Assembly (NCBI GenBank): GCA_038087875.1
Contig: CM075979.1
Coordinates: 86,800,001 to 86,864,000, forward strand
Direction: 5' to 3'
Length of the DNA stretch: 64,000 nucleotides
DNA from: Malacoraja senta
Taxonomy: Eukaryota
Positions 1 to 13,010 of this stretch are shown here, piece by piece. The notes below the pieces were generated by a model that searched no databases, was not told the DNA's origin, and saw only the letters and a program-made list of their open reading frames with translations. The translations under genes and the position numbers were made by a program. Each line of letters opens with the position of its first letter. Within the stretch, counting starts at the first letter, position 1.

Positions 1-391
1 CTTTGTGCATCCTGGATTTGTTTGATCCACTCAAAGGGCAACTTTATTTTGCCTCACTCAAATGGAACAGTGAGGGAATGGCAAAATGTGTTTTAGCATT
101 TGAATAGGTGGCAGTGATTGATGCCAGCTTCAACACTTTGTTCCCTTACAGTGCTATTGCCTTTACTTGGCATCCTGCAACTCCTGCGTCAAGCAAGGTG
201 GAATGAAATACATCGGCTTTCATATGTGCAATTAGTCCAAATGGTTGATTGCACCAGACACATTTGTGATTTCAAATTAATTCTTGTGTCAGCTTTTGAC
301 AATATAGTTAAAAATTCCAACCTGGACATTGTCAGACTTTAAATACTAAAATTAGAGGGATGTGTGGGTGTGTATATGTATTATATATATG

Positions 392-392
<1 letters not shown>

Positions 393-443
<51 letters not shown>
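393..443. repeat. (TA)n microsatellite with (TG) flank
   Basis: About 22 TA units seen directly. Confidence 0.97.
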
Positions 444-1231
444 AAAATACACATTTTTGTATCGTTACGATACATCACAGAGATAAAGAGATAATTATAA
501 ATTATTGAAGTATTCTTTGTTCTTGTTAAACTGAATATTTTTAATGTATATATTATTATGGCATAAAAGTGAGTTCCAGAAAATCTACTGAGTCATATTT
601 CCCCACTACAGTTATTTAAAACATTGACATTATTTCAATAGGCAAAATGAGAAATATTGAATTTTTTTTATTTAAAATACATTTTCCTCCTCCACAACAT
701 GTTTAAATATTACAAATTAAAAAAATCTTCGTAAGCTGTTACAACTGCAGGCAAATCATCTGGCATAAAACTTATACAATGCATAAAAATACTTGCTAAA
801 TTAGTACTGCACACAGGATGTGCTCCAGTTCCATCAACGTGTTGTTCATGAGTCAATGCTATGCTCGGTGCAATCTGTGTAAGTGGGGGACTTCATGGAC
901 TTTTACTGCCTTTCAAGAGTGAATGCAAACCATGAACCTGTCTGTGTGTCCTCCTGCTGAGGTTGGAACTCCTAGCGTTTCTGTTCTTGTCTGGAATCCC
1001 TGTTGGAGGTATTGAATACCAAATAAGAAAAATGTTAGGATGAAATAGGAGCAGTGGGAGTAGTTCAAATATTTTGAATGTATTGTAAGCTGAAAAATTG
1101 GCCCCAGGTTAACAGGAACTCATTTGAATCCCTTCAATTTGCTTTCTGACCTTGCATTCATGCCAAAAAATGCTTTAAAGGATAAATAAAGATTATCCAA
1201 TGGGACTGTGACAAAGGTAGTCTACCCCTTG

Positions 1232-1438
1232 ATAGACACAAAATGCTGGAGTAACTCAGCAGTATAGGCAGCATCTTTGGAGAGAAGGAATGGATGACAA
1301 TTTGGGTCGAGACCCTTCTTCAGACTTGAGAGTCAGGGAAGAAGGAGACTAGAAACATGGAAGGGTAAGGTGTGAAAATGACAGATCAAAGCAGACGATG
1401 CTAAGGAAATGTAGAATGGTTCATTGTTAGCTGAGGGG
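1232..1438 (-). mobile_element. Penelope-like element 3' end/pLTR fragment with degenerate hammerhead motif
   Basis: agacacaaaatgctggagtaactcagc...gggtcgagacccttcttcagact matches the other copies; the GAAA core reads AAAT on the - strand. Confidence 0.8.
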
Positions 1439-1929
1439 ACATCATCATGGCCTTGTTATATCTGTCCAACCTACGATGTGGTTGTCTTTATCATCATTTT
1501 CTAATTATATTAACGAGGTGGGACTGCATTTGGTTGGTTCCATCCACACCTTGCAACCAGTGAATCACAAACAATGGCTATCTTTCTGTTTTCAATAATT
1601 ATCTCAATGATGCTACCTACAGATCAATTACTGATCCATCTTTCTTTCTCATTTACCTGGTGATCCATCGATAATGTTATCCGAAAAGCACAATGTATTT
1701 CCACAAGCTTACCATGACATTCAGCTCCACTTACCACCACCACTCCAGACCTATTCAATGATTATGACAATGCAATTATATATTAAAAAGATGCTCACAA
1801 AATTCCTAACCACTAACCCCATCTCTGCCTCTCACCCCAGCAACCATATCAAACTGGACCTTACCATTCCTCGTGTAGGCATCATAGTTGACTAAGATGA
1901 ATGTCTGATTCTACTCCTTGGACTTGACT

Positions 1930-2615
1930 TCCCTGACTTCACTTCTGCCGCACTCATCTGCTGCTGAAATTCTCTTCCATGGACCTTTGTTACCTCTAAA
2001 CTTCATGGGTTCAAGGTTTTTCTACCCATCAACTTCCTTCAAGAATCCTTCATACACTTGAGGTTATCCATATATATGAATCTGAAGATGGATCCCAACC
2101 TGAAACGTCACCCATCCATTCCTTCCACAGATGCTGCCTGAACCACTGAGTTACTCCAGCATTTGTGTTTGGTGATCTTATCCAAACCCCTGTTGCCTGC
2201 GCTCTGACACTCACCAAGTCCTGTTCACCTATGACTTGAGCTTTCTGACTTGCATTGGCTTTCAACTGAGCACCACCTCAACTTTAAAGTTTTCACAGGT
2301 TTTTCAAGTACGCTAGTGATATCCCTCCAGCATCGCTCTCTCGGAAATTACCTCCAGCACCATAATTTACCAAGGTTATTGAGTTTCTTCAATTTAGCCT
2401 TCAATCAGTCAGTCCAAGTTCATAGGTTGCAAATTTAAAATGCTGGATTTACTACTTAAAACCCTTGCCTCCCAACTTGTGTTTCCTCCTTTCAAATACT
2501 TCTTAAGTCATACATCTGGCAACGTTTAGCTTATCTAGCCTGATGTCTCCTTACGTGAACATTTTGTTTGATAATGCTCATGTGAAGTACCTTGGGATAT
2601 TTTACTATTTTACAA
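1930..2615 (+). mobile_element. Degraded L2-clade LINE 3' region, interrupted by a PLE fragment at about 2080-2170
   Basis: Decayed peptide IQTPVACALTLTKSCSPMT..SDLHWLSTEHHLNFKV resembles the L2 ORF2 C-terminus (LHWLP..RI.FK); L2-type tail tgtgaagtaccttgggatatttt. Confidence 0.6.
2080..2170 (+). mobile_element. PLE-derived fragment with hammerhead core (stem II decayed)
   Basis: CTGAAGAtggatcccaacctGAAACGTC at 2082-2109, followed by the shared downstream sequence gatgctgcctga...ctgagttactccagca. Confidence 0.75.
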
Positions 2616-2800
2616 GCAACAGAACATTTTTACCAACTTTCAGACGAGATATATACATAGGTTTCGGCCTATTATTGTCACATGTACCAAGGTACAGTGA
2701 TAAACTTTGTTTTGCATGCTTTCCAACCAGATCAGATATACACAAGATAGACACAAAATGCTGGAGTAACTCAGCGGGACAGGCAGCATCTCTGGAGAGA

Positions 2801-3656
2801 TAGGTTGTGTGAGTGGGCAAATGCATGGAAGATGCAGTATAATGTGGATAAATGTGAGGTTATCCACTTTGGTGGCAAAAACAGGAAAGTAGACTATTAT
2901 CTGAATGGTGGCCGATTAGGAAAAGGGGAGATGCAGCGAGACCTGGGTGTCATGGTACACCAGTCATTGAAAGTAGGCATGCAGGTGCAGCAGGCAGTGA
3001 AGAAAGTGAATGGTATGTTAGCATTCATAGCAAAAGGATTTGAGTATAGGAGCAGGGAGGTTCTACTGCAGTTGTACAGGGTCTTGGTGAGACCACACCT
3101 GGAGTATTGCGTACAGATTTGGTCTCCAAATCTGAGGAAAGACATTCTTGCCATAGAGGGAGTACAGAGAAGGTTCACCAGACTGATTCCTGGGATGTCA
3201 GGACTTTTTTATGAAGAAAGACTGGATAGACTCGGCTTGTACTCGCTAGAATTTAGAAGATTGAGGGGGGATCTTATAGAAACTTACAAAATTCTTAAGG
3301 GGTTGGACAGGCTAGATGCAGGAAGATTGTTCCCGATGTTGGGGAAGTCCAGGACAAGGGGTCACAGTTTAAGGATAAAGGGGAAATCTTTTAGGACCGA
3401 GATGAGAAAAATATTTTTCACACAGAGAGTGGTGAATCTGTGGAATTCTCTGCCACAGAAGGTAATTGAGGCCAGTTCATTGGCTATATTTAAGAGGGAG
3501 TTAGATGTGGCCCTTGTGGCTAAAGGGATCAGGGGGTATGGAGAGAAGGCAGGTACAGGATACTGAGTTGGATGATCAGCCATGATCATATTGAATGGCG
3601 GTGCAGGCTCGAAGGGCCGAATGGCCTACTCCTGCACCTATTTTCTATGTTTCTAT
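2801..3656 (+). mobile_element. 5'-truncated CR1-clade LINE (HER1-like): ORF2 RT C-terminus and 3' UTR
   Basis: Open ORF 2805-3566 with typical CR1 motifs (W.MQYNVDKC.V.HFG, RDLGV, LYR.LVRPHLEYCVQ.WSP, RLRGDLIE.YKI, RTRGHS, FFTQRVVNLWNSLP); (TTCTATGT) tail. Confidence 0.96.
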
Positions 3657-3664
3657 GAATGGGT

Positions 3665-3692
3665 GACGTTTCAGGTCGAGACCCTTCTTCAG
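3665..3692 (-). ncRNA. Minimal type I hammerhead ribozyme motif (PLE-associated)
   Basis: - strand reads CTGAAGA-A-GGGTCTCGACCT-GAAA-CG-TC: intact CUGANGA and GAAA cores, stem II, and palindromic ACGT stem III. Confidence 0.65.
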
Positions 3693-6339
3693 TCTGAACA
3701 AGTGTTCTACATAGACCAGATATACCATACATAAATACATTCAAATCAAATTCAAGTACAATAGATAGAGCAAAGGGGAAGATACAGAGTTCAGAATGTT
3801 ATTCTTAAATTGTTGTGTGTCAGTTCCATTGACAACTAAATATTAAAAAGATCACAAAATTCCCAAACTGCCATCATAGGAAGGGGAGAGATTTGAAAAC
3901 AAGGGAATTTTTTCATCAAGGCGTTGCTGCACAGCAGGAGGGGCAGTACAGGTCAGTGAGCATGGTGTTGAAGGGTGAATGGTTACGGATAGTACATGGA
4001 AAGAGTTTTCGTGACCTCAGCTTTACACAGCATAGAATTTGGAACGTTATTCAGGAGTGTGCTGCAATAGTCTTTGTATAGAAGCAATAGAAACACGAAT
4101 TGTAGTTTCATTGGATATTCGGCTGGGACAAGACAAGGTGGTGTAATTACAAAGGTGGGTATAGACCATGTTAGAAATTGTGTGGAGGTATAGTAAAAAA
4201 AACTCGCCTAAATCTTCAATATCATTGTAGAGCTTAACCTCAAACAATGAAAGACATGGACAATGAGAGACATAGATGGAGAGAGAGCAGAGATTTGATC
4301 TCAGCTGAGGTCTCATCATTGACTTTTGATTCTTCACTGCAGTGCATAATAGCAAAGCTTATCAGGGTAAAGCCTGTATTTTATATCTCTCAAAACCATG
4401 TCTGCTTTGCTTTAGGTTACTTTGCTTTTGTTCAGGGTGAATCTCCAGGTGATTATTCAGCATATAGTGGAGAGAACTTCCACCTGCCTGTTTATCATGG
4501 TCAAAATGAAACACTTTTACAAATTGCATAATCTGTATTTGGCAGGGTTTTATTGTAACGTGCATTTTTAACTTGAACCAATAATTTAAAGTAATGTAAA
4601 AAAAATTACCAACAACAATTGAGACAGGTTCAACCCTTGTGATTGTATTAGAATCTCCTGTTCATTCTTTATTTCCGGGCGAGTTTCAAGATCAATTTGC
4701 CACCCACCTGGACAAAATCAACTTTGAGTTAAAAAACAGAATGTGATATGTTTATTTATATATTTGAAACAATTTATGCAGAAAATGATGTGGGGTATGA
4801 AGTAACCAAGTATATTGGGGGAGTACCCTGTGGCAATGAGACAATCGAGTACCGGGCAAACATATTAAAAAGATGGGGATCTAATCCTGCTCAAAAAGAG
4901 TGCTCTGTGTTTTAGCCTTGTGCAGAGCTAATCACATGGCATGTGCACTGAATTGCCCATTGTCTGTGCATCTGTCAAGATAAATAGGATTCTGGGAGTA
5001 TAAAGCTGTACTCTCGCATTCTGGGTTTTGCTTTGATTTTTAATGCCTGGCTTCAGATTGCTGACCAGTCAAAAAATGAATCGAATAACAGTTTGTGGAT
5101 CTTGTGGATGATTTAGCCTTTACAGTTGTGTATATTTTGGAATAAGGTCAGGTAAAATATTGGCTGCCAGTCTGAATATCTATTTCTGCATGGGAACTAT
5201 TTGCTTCTTTCCTAGATTTCCAATATAATTCAAGCTGTAATGTGGATATTTCCCTCCATGGACTTTTTTATACTACATTTCACTCTAGTTCCAGTAGATC
5301 ATTTCTACCTCCTGGAATTGGCAGGCTTAAACATGGTATTCAGTTCATTTAAACTAGCGGAATCAAATGAGGCAGGGTTTTGCATTTTATTGCTGCATTA
5401 TGTCTTTAAAGTGTTCCGGGAATGCGGTTAAAAGTGTTGTGCCATCATATTGCAACCGTGTAACCTTAAAATAAGAATTAGGGTATTGCATGGTAAAAGG
5501 ATCAATTGTTTTGACTCTCCTATGTAACAAAAGGAATTCATTTTGCATGTTCTGATTTATCGGATTAAGATGGATGTGCTCCAAAACCTTTGATATACCA
5601 TTAACTGGTGAATATTTATCATCAAAGGGTAGAGATATTAATTGCATTTCTGGTTTGGGCTGAAGGTGGCCATGTCAAGTCCTTCCAAGAAAACAACTTG
5701 ATCTTCGAGTATTTACAGCATTTTCAGGTTTTATTTCAAGCCCTCCCAAGCAGAAAACCATGTACTGCCAGCATGTCCCATGCCCCAGAAAATACTGATG
5801 TGCTTGCATTCTGAGAGAGATAGTACAGCATCAAAATCACGTTCCAGCTCTATAGCCGAACTTTGGTGAAAATACGTGCTAATTCTCCAGCTTAGAATAA
5901 ATCTTGAATAATTTAATAGACCAAAACGTTTTGGTTGAATTCCGTACCAATGAATTATGATACGACTTGGATCAAAGACAGGCATGGGTTATGAGCACGG
6001 TTATGGTTTATGCAAAATCATTTGGAGCAGTCGCACTTGGTCATCGGGAACCATCCTATTTTTACTTAATTGTACACAGTTCATAAATGTATGAGAAAAT
6101 ACCGAGTTTGCATTATCCATGCCTCTGGACTGATTGGGAATTGGCATCATTCCAAAAAAAAAATCACTCTTGCACGATATCCCTTTAGGTAGTGGTTCAG
6201 TTCCAAAAATGTAAACTGTATCATTTTAATGTACATCCGCAATAATATATTGGCCAAGACGAGTTCTTCAACCATTGCTCCTTCATGCTGACATTTACGC
6301 ACAACATAAACTATTAAACACACACATAGTTGCCCCGCC

Positions 6340-6382
6340 CACACCCCCCCCCCCCACACACACACACATACATACACACACA
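6340..6382. repeat. Poly-C / (CA)n microsatellite
   Basis: Seen directly. Confidence 0.9.
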
Positions 6383-6516
6383 TCATCCTTCACCATCCTC
6401 CCGCCACTCACATTCAAACCTTCCATCACACACCAACGCCTTAATCTTCCAAAACAATCACTGTAAAATATCTGCTCTTTTTTCCCCCAAAATTCTCCCT
6501 TTAGACCAAACTAGCC

Positions 6517-6603
6517 ACAGTGCTGGAGGGACTCAGCCGATCAGGCAGTATCTGGGGTGGGAATGGACAGACAACGATTCAAGTCGGAACACTTCTTCAG
6601 AAG
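6517..6603 (-). mobile_element. Degenerate PLE hammerhead-element fragment
   Basis: tgctggagggactcagc...caggcagtatct...cttcttcag. Confidence 0.65.
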
Positions 6604-6644
6604 GGAGGTCAGCCACATAGTAACGCATGGAAAAAATTACCGCA

Positions 6645-7130
6645 AAAGGCCTGACTAGAGTAGATATGGAGAGGATATTTCCACTAGTTAGGTCTAGGAC
6701 CAGAGGGCATAGCCTAAAAATAAAAGTGCGCATCGTTAGAAATGAGATGAGAAGGAATGAGCAGTTATGGGAAGAAGGTAGGATAATGGGGTTAGGAGAG
6801 AGAGATAGATCAGCCATGATTGAATGGCGGAGTAGACTTGATGGGCCGAATGACCTAATTCTACTCCCATCACTTATGACCTTATGCATTTTTCTAGTCA
6901 GAAGGTGACGAATCTGTGGAATTCATTGGCATAGACGGCTGTGGAGACCAAGTCATTGGGTATTTTGGAGCAGGTGATTGACAGATTATTGATTAGTACG
7001 GGTGTCAAGGGTTATGGGGAGAAGGCAGGAGAATGGAGTAGAGAGGGAAAGATAGATCAGCCATGATTGAATGGCGGAGTAGACTCAATGGGCCAAACGG
7101 CCTATTTCTGCTCCTATGACTTATGAACAT
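6645..7130 (+). mobile_element. CR1 (HER1-like) 3' fragments; one 3' end (about 6760-6885) nested in another
   Basis: VDMERIFPLV.SRTRGHSLKI motif and two copies of gatagatcagccatgattgaatggcggagtagac...ttatga. Confidence 0.85.
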
Positions 7131-9194
7131 GATCATTCTGGATGCTCAGGCTGAGGGCTACCTGGGCAGAGACAACTCAGACTGTCATTGAACCATGAAA
7201 CCTGCTGGATAAGCTCACTAACAAAACAACGTAAAGATCTGTTCATCCACCTTGCATTTCATCAAATGCATTCTCGCTCATTACCATCTGTCCATCTGCC
7301 TCAAAATAAAATTTGCTAATGCTGCAGCTCAAAACTGCAGCTACCTCTGCTTTACCTTTAGAGGGTACAAGTCAGGGTTCTCATTTCCCTCGTTGTTTTT
7401 GTTTTTTGTCACCTGCACCGAGGTACAGTGAAAAGCATTTTGTGTTGCGAGCTATCCAGTCAGCAGAAAGACTGGACATGGTTACAATCAAGCCGTCCAC
7501 AGTATACAAAAAGATGTAGGGCAGGATGAAATGGAGAAGTCACTGGATGGTGAGGATGAAGGTACTTGTCCATTTGAACAGTTAAAAAATGAGAAATTAT
7601 TCTATGAGATTTCAAAGTAGGCAGAGTTTTTCCATGATAGCTCTATTGTAGATATCTTCCAAGGAACATGTTTCTCTTTGTTGCTGATGAATTCTTGATT
7701 CCTGACCATCCCTATAAATCACCTAAAATAATTTCATTCACTAATTTTCTTAAATCCAGGTTTTCGGACGTGGATATCAGTGGCGAGGCCAGCATTTATT
7801 TCCCATCCCTAATTAGCCTTAAACTGGGCCATTTATAATAATCATGATGTGACCTCGGGTCTCGAGGTTGTTAGTTCAGACCTCACAGTTGCTAGTCTGG
7901 TAATTTGACCACTGTGCTACCACTGTACTCTAATAGGTGGCCAGCTGACAATAACAACACAATGCTGGCATTTCAGCATTCTGATTTGTCATTGCCAGTT
8001 ACTGCAAACGCAAGGAGGAAGAGTGATTGTGTCAAGGCCATGTTCAGGCATGTTTAAAAGCAAAAGCAAGACCAGTCTTCAAACAATCATTTAAATGCAA
8101 CAAATGCTCCGCAGTGTCGGGGCAATGACAGGAACTCCATAAATGCATTAAAGATTTTACTAGTAGCTCCTCTAGTTCTGAATCAATTTTGGAAATTAAA
8201 AATTATTTTAAAAATAGCTATTTTTAGGAACTCATTTTTTAGGAAGATAAGCCTTTTAGAAGTCAATGGATAACCTTGTTTAGGCTCAGATGTCAGAATA
8301 GAGGGTTCTGCTTCAGTTAACTATACAAGAAGCAATACCACAGTTCAGATGTTAACATAATGATCCAAATTAAACTATTCTTGTCTATGTGTTTTGTGGT
8401 AGGAAGGAGCTAGTAAAAGCCTTAGGCTTCTATTGTAATTGTTTGGTCTGACAAGTCTCCTATTTCTGCTCCACTGCTCAACAGTAAGGTCAGGTGGCGA
8501 TTAGTAGAATTGATAGGAAATTCATCTTGGCAAGGAAAAAAGTCACAACATTGCCTTTGGAACCACAGTGTTGGGCTCTAATATGGTCAACCATGCACCC
8601 ACTGAAATGCCAGTGACCTTGCTTTAGTTATTGGCACAAAATTATCTCCAATTGAAGTAGATCCGAAAATGGACCTTAAATATTCCTGATAAGTTTTACT
8701 TTCAGTAGCAACCACAGGAAAAGCAAGTGCTTCAAATAAGGATGTATACTTTATTACCATCTAATAGCAGAGAAGTTAATACATGTCGTATTTACACGCT
8801 ATATACTTGTCATGATGTCAGTACAACTTCTGACCATCTGATTTATTTACGTTCAATACATAAATACACCACAGCTGCGCGACATGAATCTAACACTTCA
8901 AATCAGCGGAAAGGATGAGAAATCAGAAGAAGACAATGAATAATTGCTGTTAAACGATAAATACAATGCCCAAGAATCACTATAAACTCTTTTGCTACCT
9001 CTTAGGAGCAGGTAAGTAAAAAAAAGTCAGTTAAAACATATTCTGATTTGCAATATTTTATTAAACATAGTTTGAGATACTAAATCATGTAGTGGTGCTA
9101 GTTTCAGCACAATTTGATTCCGCAGCATGAACATGATAACTATTCATGGGTCATTTCTCATTACTTTGGGAAGTCAACTGAGCACCTCCCAGCC

Positions 9195-9400
9195 TGAAAT
9201 AAAAACATAAGATGCTGGAGAATTCAGCTCTCCAGGCAACATCTGCACAGAGGGAAACGGAGTCAGTGTTTCAGGTCAGCGACCTGTCATCTTGTGCAAC
9301 TGAAAACATTAATCCTCTTTCTCTCCACGGATACCGCTTGGCCTGCTGACTATCTCCTTCACTTTCTGGTTTTAGTTCGATTTCCAGTACCTGGAGCTTC
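9195..9400. mobile_element. Old palindromic PLE-derived element
   Basis: gatgctggagaattcagc..caggcaacatctg..gagggaaac followed by the inverted ttctctccacgga..gcttggcctgctgactatctcc. Confidence 0.55.
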
Positions 9401-11099
9401 TTGACTTTCAACATGCCAGCATGAGTCGTGCTTGCTTCTGACATAGTTTCTACATCAGGTGCACATCATTCCCCAGATTGTGAGCAGCGCAGGGGAATTT
9501 TGAATGTAGTATCTTAGCTGTTACAATCATTAAGCACTCCCAGGATGTCTTTGTAGCACAGTGCCATTTGAGATCCCATGCTTGTATCCTAGCTGAACCC
9601 AACCCCACCCCCGATCCTGATCCTTATCCTCAATGTCAGCTCATACTGGTGGCTTACCTCAACCCAACTCAGCCACGGGCTCAATCCTGATTTTTGCCTG
9701 CATTCTCAGCCACTTTCTTAATTAAAAACCCAACCCCTGGCTGTCTAGATTTGTCCTCGCCCTCATGGGCACGTTATTGTTTGCAAAGGAAGCTCAACCC
9801 CTTCGTTCACTACCACGTGATACCTTGGGCTCTAATGCCGTTTACCAAAGCTGGCTCACAATGGAAACATCTTCGGTTGCCCAATGACATCACAGCACGT
9901 GAGAATGTAGAGGCAATTATTTTGTGCATCTTTTTTTTTTTTAAGTGTTTAAAATTTGCCTTGCTGACATCATGGACAGTGGGCAAGATGATCATGATCT
10001 GTTTCTGGAAATTCACCTTCCCCTCTCAGTCCGTTCTTCACCACAGGAATATGGCAGAATGCATTTCCTTTATTCTCCTCTTTTGCCTGAGCGTACTCAC
10101 TGACATAATCATCAGTGGACGGTGCAGTGGCAAAGGCAATTTGGATAACTGCTGAAACATGAGAGCTTCAGTGAGTAGCAAGCTGACTGGGCAGGGTCAA
10201 TAAGGCAAGCTGCCCACTGAGAGAGCAGACAAGATGTGAGTCATTACTTGTTCCCTGCTGATACTGACAGCACTGATGATGATATTCATGAGGTGAATTC
10301 TGCTTTGACAAATCCTGTCTCCTTCACTTCCACACTCCTCTCAGATAAGATCTTGTATGATGTTTCTTTTACCTCAGCGTAAGGTATGTGCGGATGCTTC
10401 ACTAGCTGTGACCTTGAACCCTTCTACCGACCTGTACATTGTTGTATTGTACCATCACCCCCTGAACCTCAGTTAACACATTCCTGATGTTAATGATTAC
10501 AGGTCTAATAGTTAAATCTTATTGATCCCTATGCCAAAGTGACTATTTTCAAAAAATCTATTTTCAGAATTAAAAGATCTCAGGCTGCATTTCGCTACAT
10601 AAGAGACTATTTAATATCTTGACATTGGTGGCAATGCAGAGTTAGTCAGTAACATTTGGCAATGATGTGGGAAAAGAGGCCTCACTGGCGAAGCTCCGTC
10701 GGGTACTTACAGAATTACTCATTAGATGGAGGTTGAAAATACATTATTTCCTCGCTTACTTGAGGACTTTGGGCTGGGGTCTGAAGATTCTCTGCAATAA
10801 CTTTGAGGCGGGTGTGGGCCCAGTGTCAGTGAGGATGCTGAATTCCTTGAGTTTTCAGGCAGGTGAGGCTAGTGTAGATGGAGCATCTTGGTCGTCATCG
10901 ACAAGTTGGGCCGAAGAGCTGTATGACTCTATGACTCCAAGACTATTTGATTAATATGTATAGATATTTTTTCCAGATACTATATCAATAGATGATGGAT
11001 ATGTGAGTGATGACATTTCCAATGACATTTAATATGGAGCTCTTTTAAAAAATGAAAAACGCAGCACTTTATTTTGAAGCAAGCACACAGAAAAGATAG

Positions 11100-11215
11100 A
11101 ATGTGTAGGAAGCATGTGGTCTGAAGAAGGGTCTCAACCTGAAACGTCACCCAATCCTTCTCTCCAGAGAAGCTGCCTGTCCCGCTGAGTTACTCCAGCG
11201 TTTTGTGCGTTATCT
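11100..11215 (+). mobile_element. PLE-derived hammerhead mini-element with 15-bp TSD
   Basis: acacagaaaagatag is duplicated at 11085-11099 and 11216-11230. Confidence 0.88.
11121..11148 (+). ncRNA. Minimal hammerhead ribozyme motif, sense to the host pre-mRNA
   Basis: CTGAAGA-A-GGGTCTCAACCT-GAAA-CG-TC; short stem I ggt/acc. Confidence 0.6.
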
Positions 11216-12817
11216 ACACAGAAAAGATAGGTTAGGGACAAAAAAACAAAAAAAACAGGTTGTTTTTTGTATTGGCTGAACTTGAACAGCAATAGAAGCA
11301 GCTGTTCTTGGTGTGCAAAATAATTTGGGGTCAGATGCAAAGTCCAACTACCAATAGGATATTGACTAAACAGTCATGTTCAGTCTTCTAGATTGTGGCT
11401 GAGGAGGGAATGGGATTAGTGCAAAGGAACAAATATTGTGGTGGCAGTTAAAAGGGTAGATTCGGAGTTTCTTCACAATGTGAAACACTACCCAGAACAC
11501 TACCCACTCGTCAAGGACTGTCAATCCAAAATATGTCAATAAATTATTAACCCATGACCATTGATGTGGATATTGGAACAAATTCTCTTCAGCTGGGAAA
11601 TTCAAAGTACTTTGGTTTTGCTCTTTTTTTAATCAATAATAATAGTCACTAGGAAAGTTGTTTAATGACCTATTGGTTGGTTGAGTTTTATGTGTTTTTT
11701 CCTGATAGTCTGATATAAAGTTCCAGTTGACCGAGAGGTGACTGCTCTGCTTCCAGTAATGAGGTCAGTGATTTCCTCAAAGTGCCATTGCAATGAGGCA
11801 GCACAGATGCTGGTCCTTGTAAATCTGATCCTTTACTGGGAGATCGATAAAGCCTTCACAGTTAATACACAGATATTCCATCTTATTTCCCATGATCTAT
11901 CTTATGCTGATGGATATTCAATTTCCCTTCACATTTCCTGGAGTAAGCATATGGGGAAATGTACTTTGAAAGTAACACTACAGTAGTGAACTACTAGAAA
12001 ACACCAACATAGGAAATCTAAACAGAATTGTACACTTGGTACCACATTCCTTGAATATCAGATGGAAGCAGGAAGGCAGTATATTTATCCCTATTTTAAC
12101 CTAAGGAATACTAGAGTTAATTACAGTGTGCCAACTGTTGCCCCAGTTGAGATCATTTAACTCTGCTTCCTTTCTTGAAGATGGGAGTTATGATAACAGG
12201 CATCTAATTAGAAAAAGATCTGATTTCGTACTTATCCATTGGACGCATGGCTTATCTCATGTGCAACAGATTACACTTATCCATGGAGGAAATTCATATG
12301 GTGTTTGACAGTTGGCTTGCATTTCTTCTTTCAAAACTCTGCCAGTTTTCAATATTCCTCCAGCATTGGTTTAGAATCTGAATTTAAAAAATGCCCATTA
12401 ACTATATTGAAACTGGCATCAACCAAGTTGCAATTTTTGGTGCCATGCTTTGGAAGCATCTTTTTATTAATTAGCATCTATTGATTTAATGGTCTCAAGT
12501 AACGGTGCCTTTTAGTATCTACAAAACGGAGACTTTTAGAGAATGAACGTATAACTTTGAAAGCTAAAATTCATCTTGGGCAGGCAGGCTTTTCATGCCA
12601 TCTTAATTGTGTTGTGTCCAATCCTTCCACTGACAGGGCTAAAAAGGAGACACGATTGCTCTCTGTAAGCATTCTGTAATTCAGGAAGCATTTAAAAGAA
12701 CAAAACACTGTCTGTATCAGTAGTTTTCAGTTAAAAAGCATCTTTTGAAACATTACAATCCCTATAAAGTTAAAACCGGAAGACAGTTAAATCGATAGCT
12801 GAGCTGATATTTTTAAA

Positions 12818-13010
12818 AGCCAGGGGAGGTATTTGAGGCAGGTACGACTACAGCATTTAAAGACATTTGCACAGGTGCATGGACAAGAGAGGTTTAGAGT
12901 GATGTGGGCCAAACGTGAGCAAATGGGTCTATCTTTGATGGAGCATTTTGGTCGGCATGAATGAGTTGGGCCAAAGGGCCTGTTTCTGCACTGGATTACT
13001 CTGACTATGA
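12818..13010 (+). mobile_element. CR1/HER1 3' end fragment
   Basis: gaggcaggtac..catttaaagacattt..gagttgggccaaagggcctgtttc..tgactatga. Confidence 0.75.

Larger units (their letters stand above)
2747..3700 (-). mobile_element. PLE hammerhead element split by a CR1 insertion (parts 2747-2800 and 3657-3700)
   Basis: The consensus ggagagaaggaatgggtgacg is broken exactly at the CR1 boundaries; intact hammerhead core at 3665-3692 (-). Confidence 0.85.
2660..3795 (-). mobile_element. LINE 3'-UTR remnant (Rex1/L2-like) split by nested insertions; host parts about 2660-2746 and 3712-3795
   Basis: ttattgtcacatgtaccaaggtacagtga...cagatatac...agagcaaaggggaagatacagag is collinear with uninterrupted copies at about 43360-43512 and 7395-7510. 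Confidence 0.6.

Noticed and set aside
2805-3566. Domesticated RT-derived gene
   Set aside because: It is a 5'-truncated CR1 lacking the catalytic core; the open frame is explained by young age
9694-10155. 153-aa ORF and other 60-160 aa ORF-track entries outside LINEs
   Set aside because: No recognisable domains or exon structure; lengths are expected by chance, and many overlap SINE/PLE repeats
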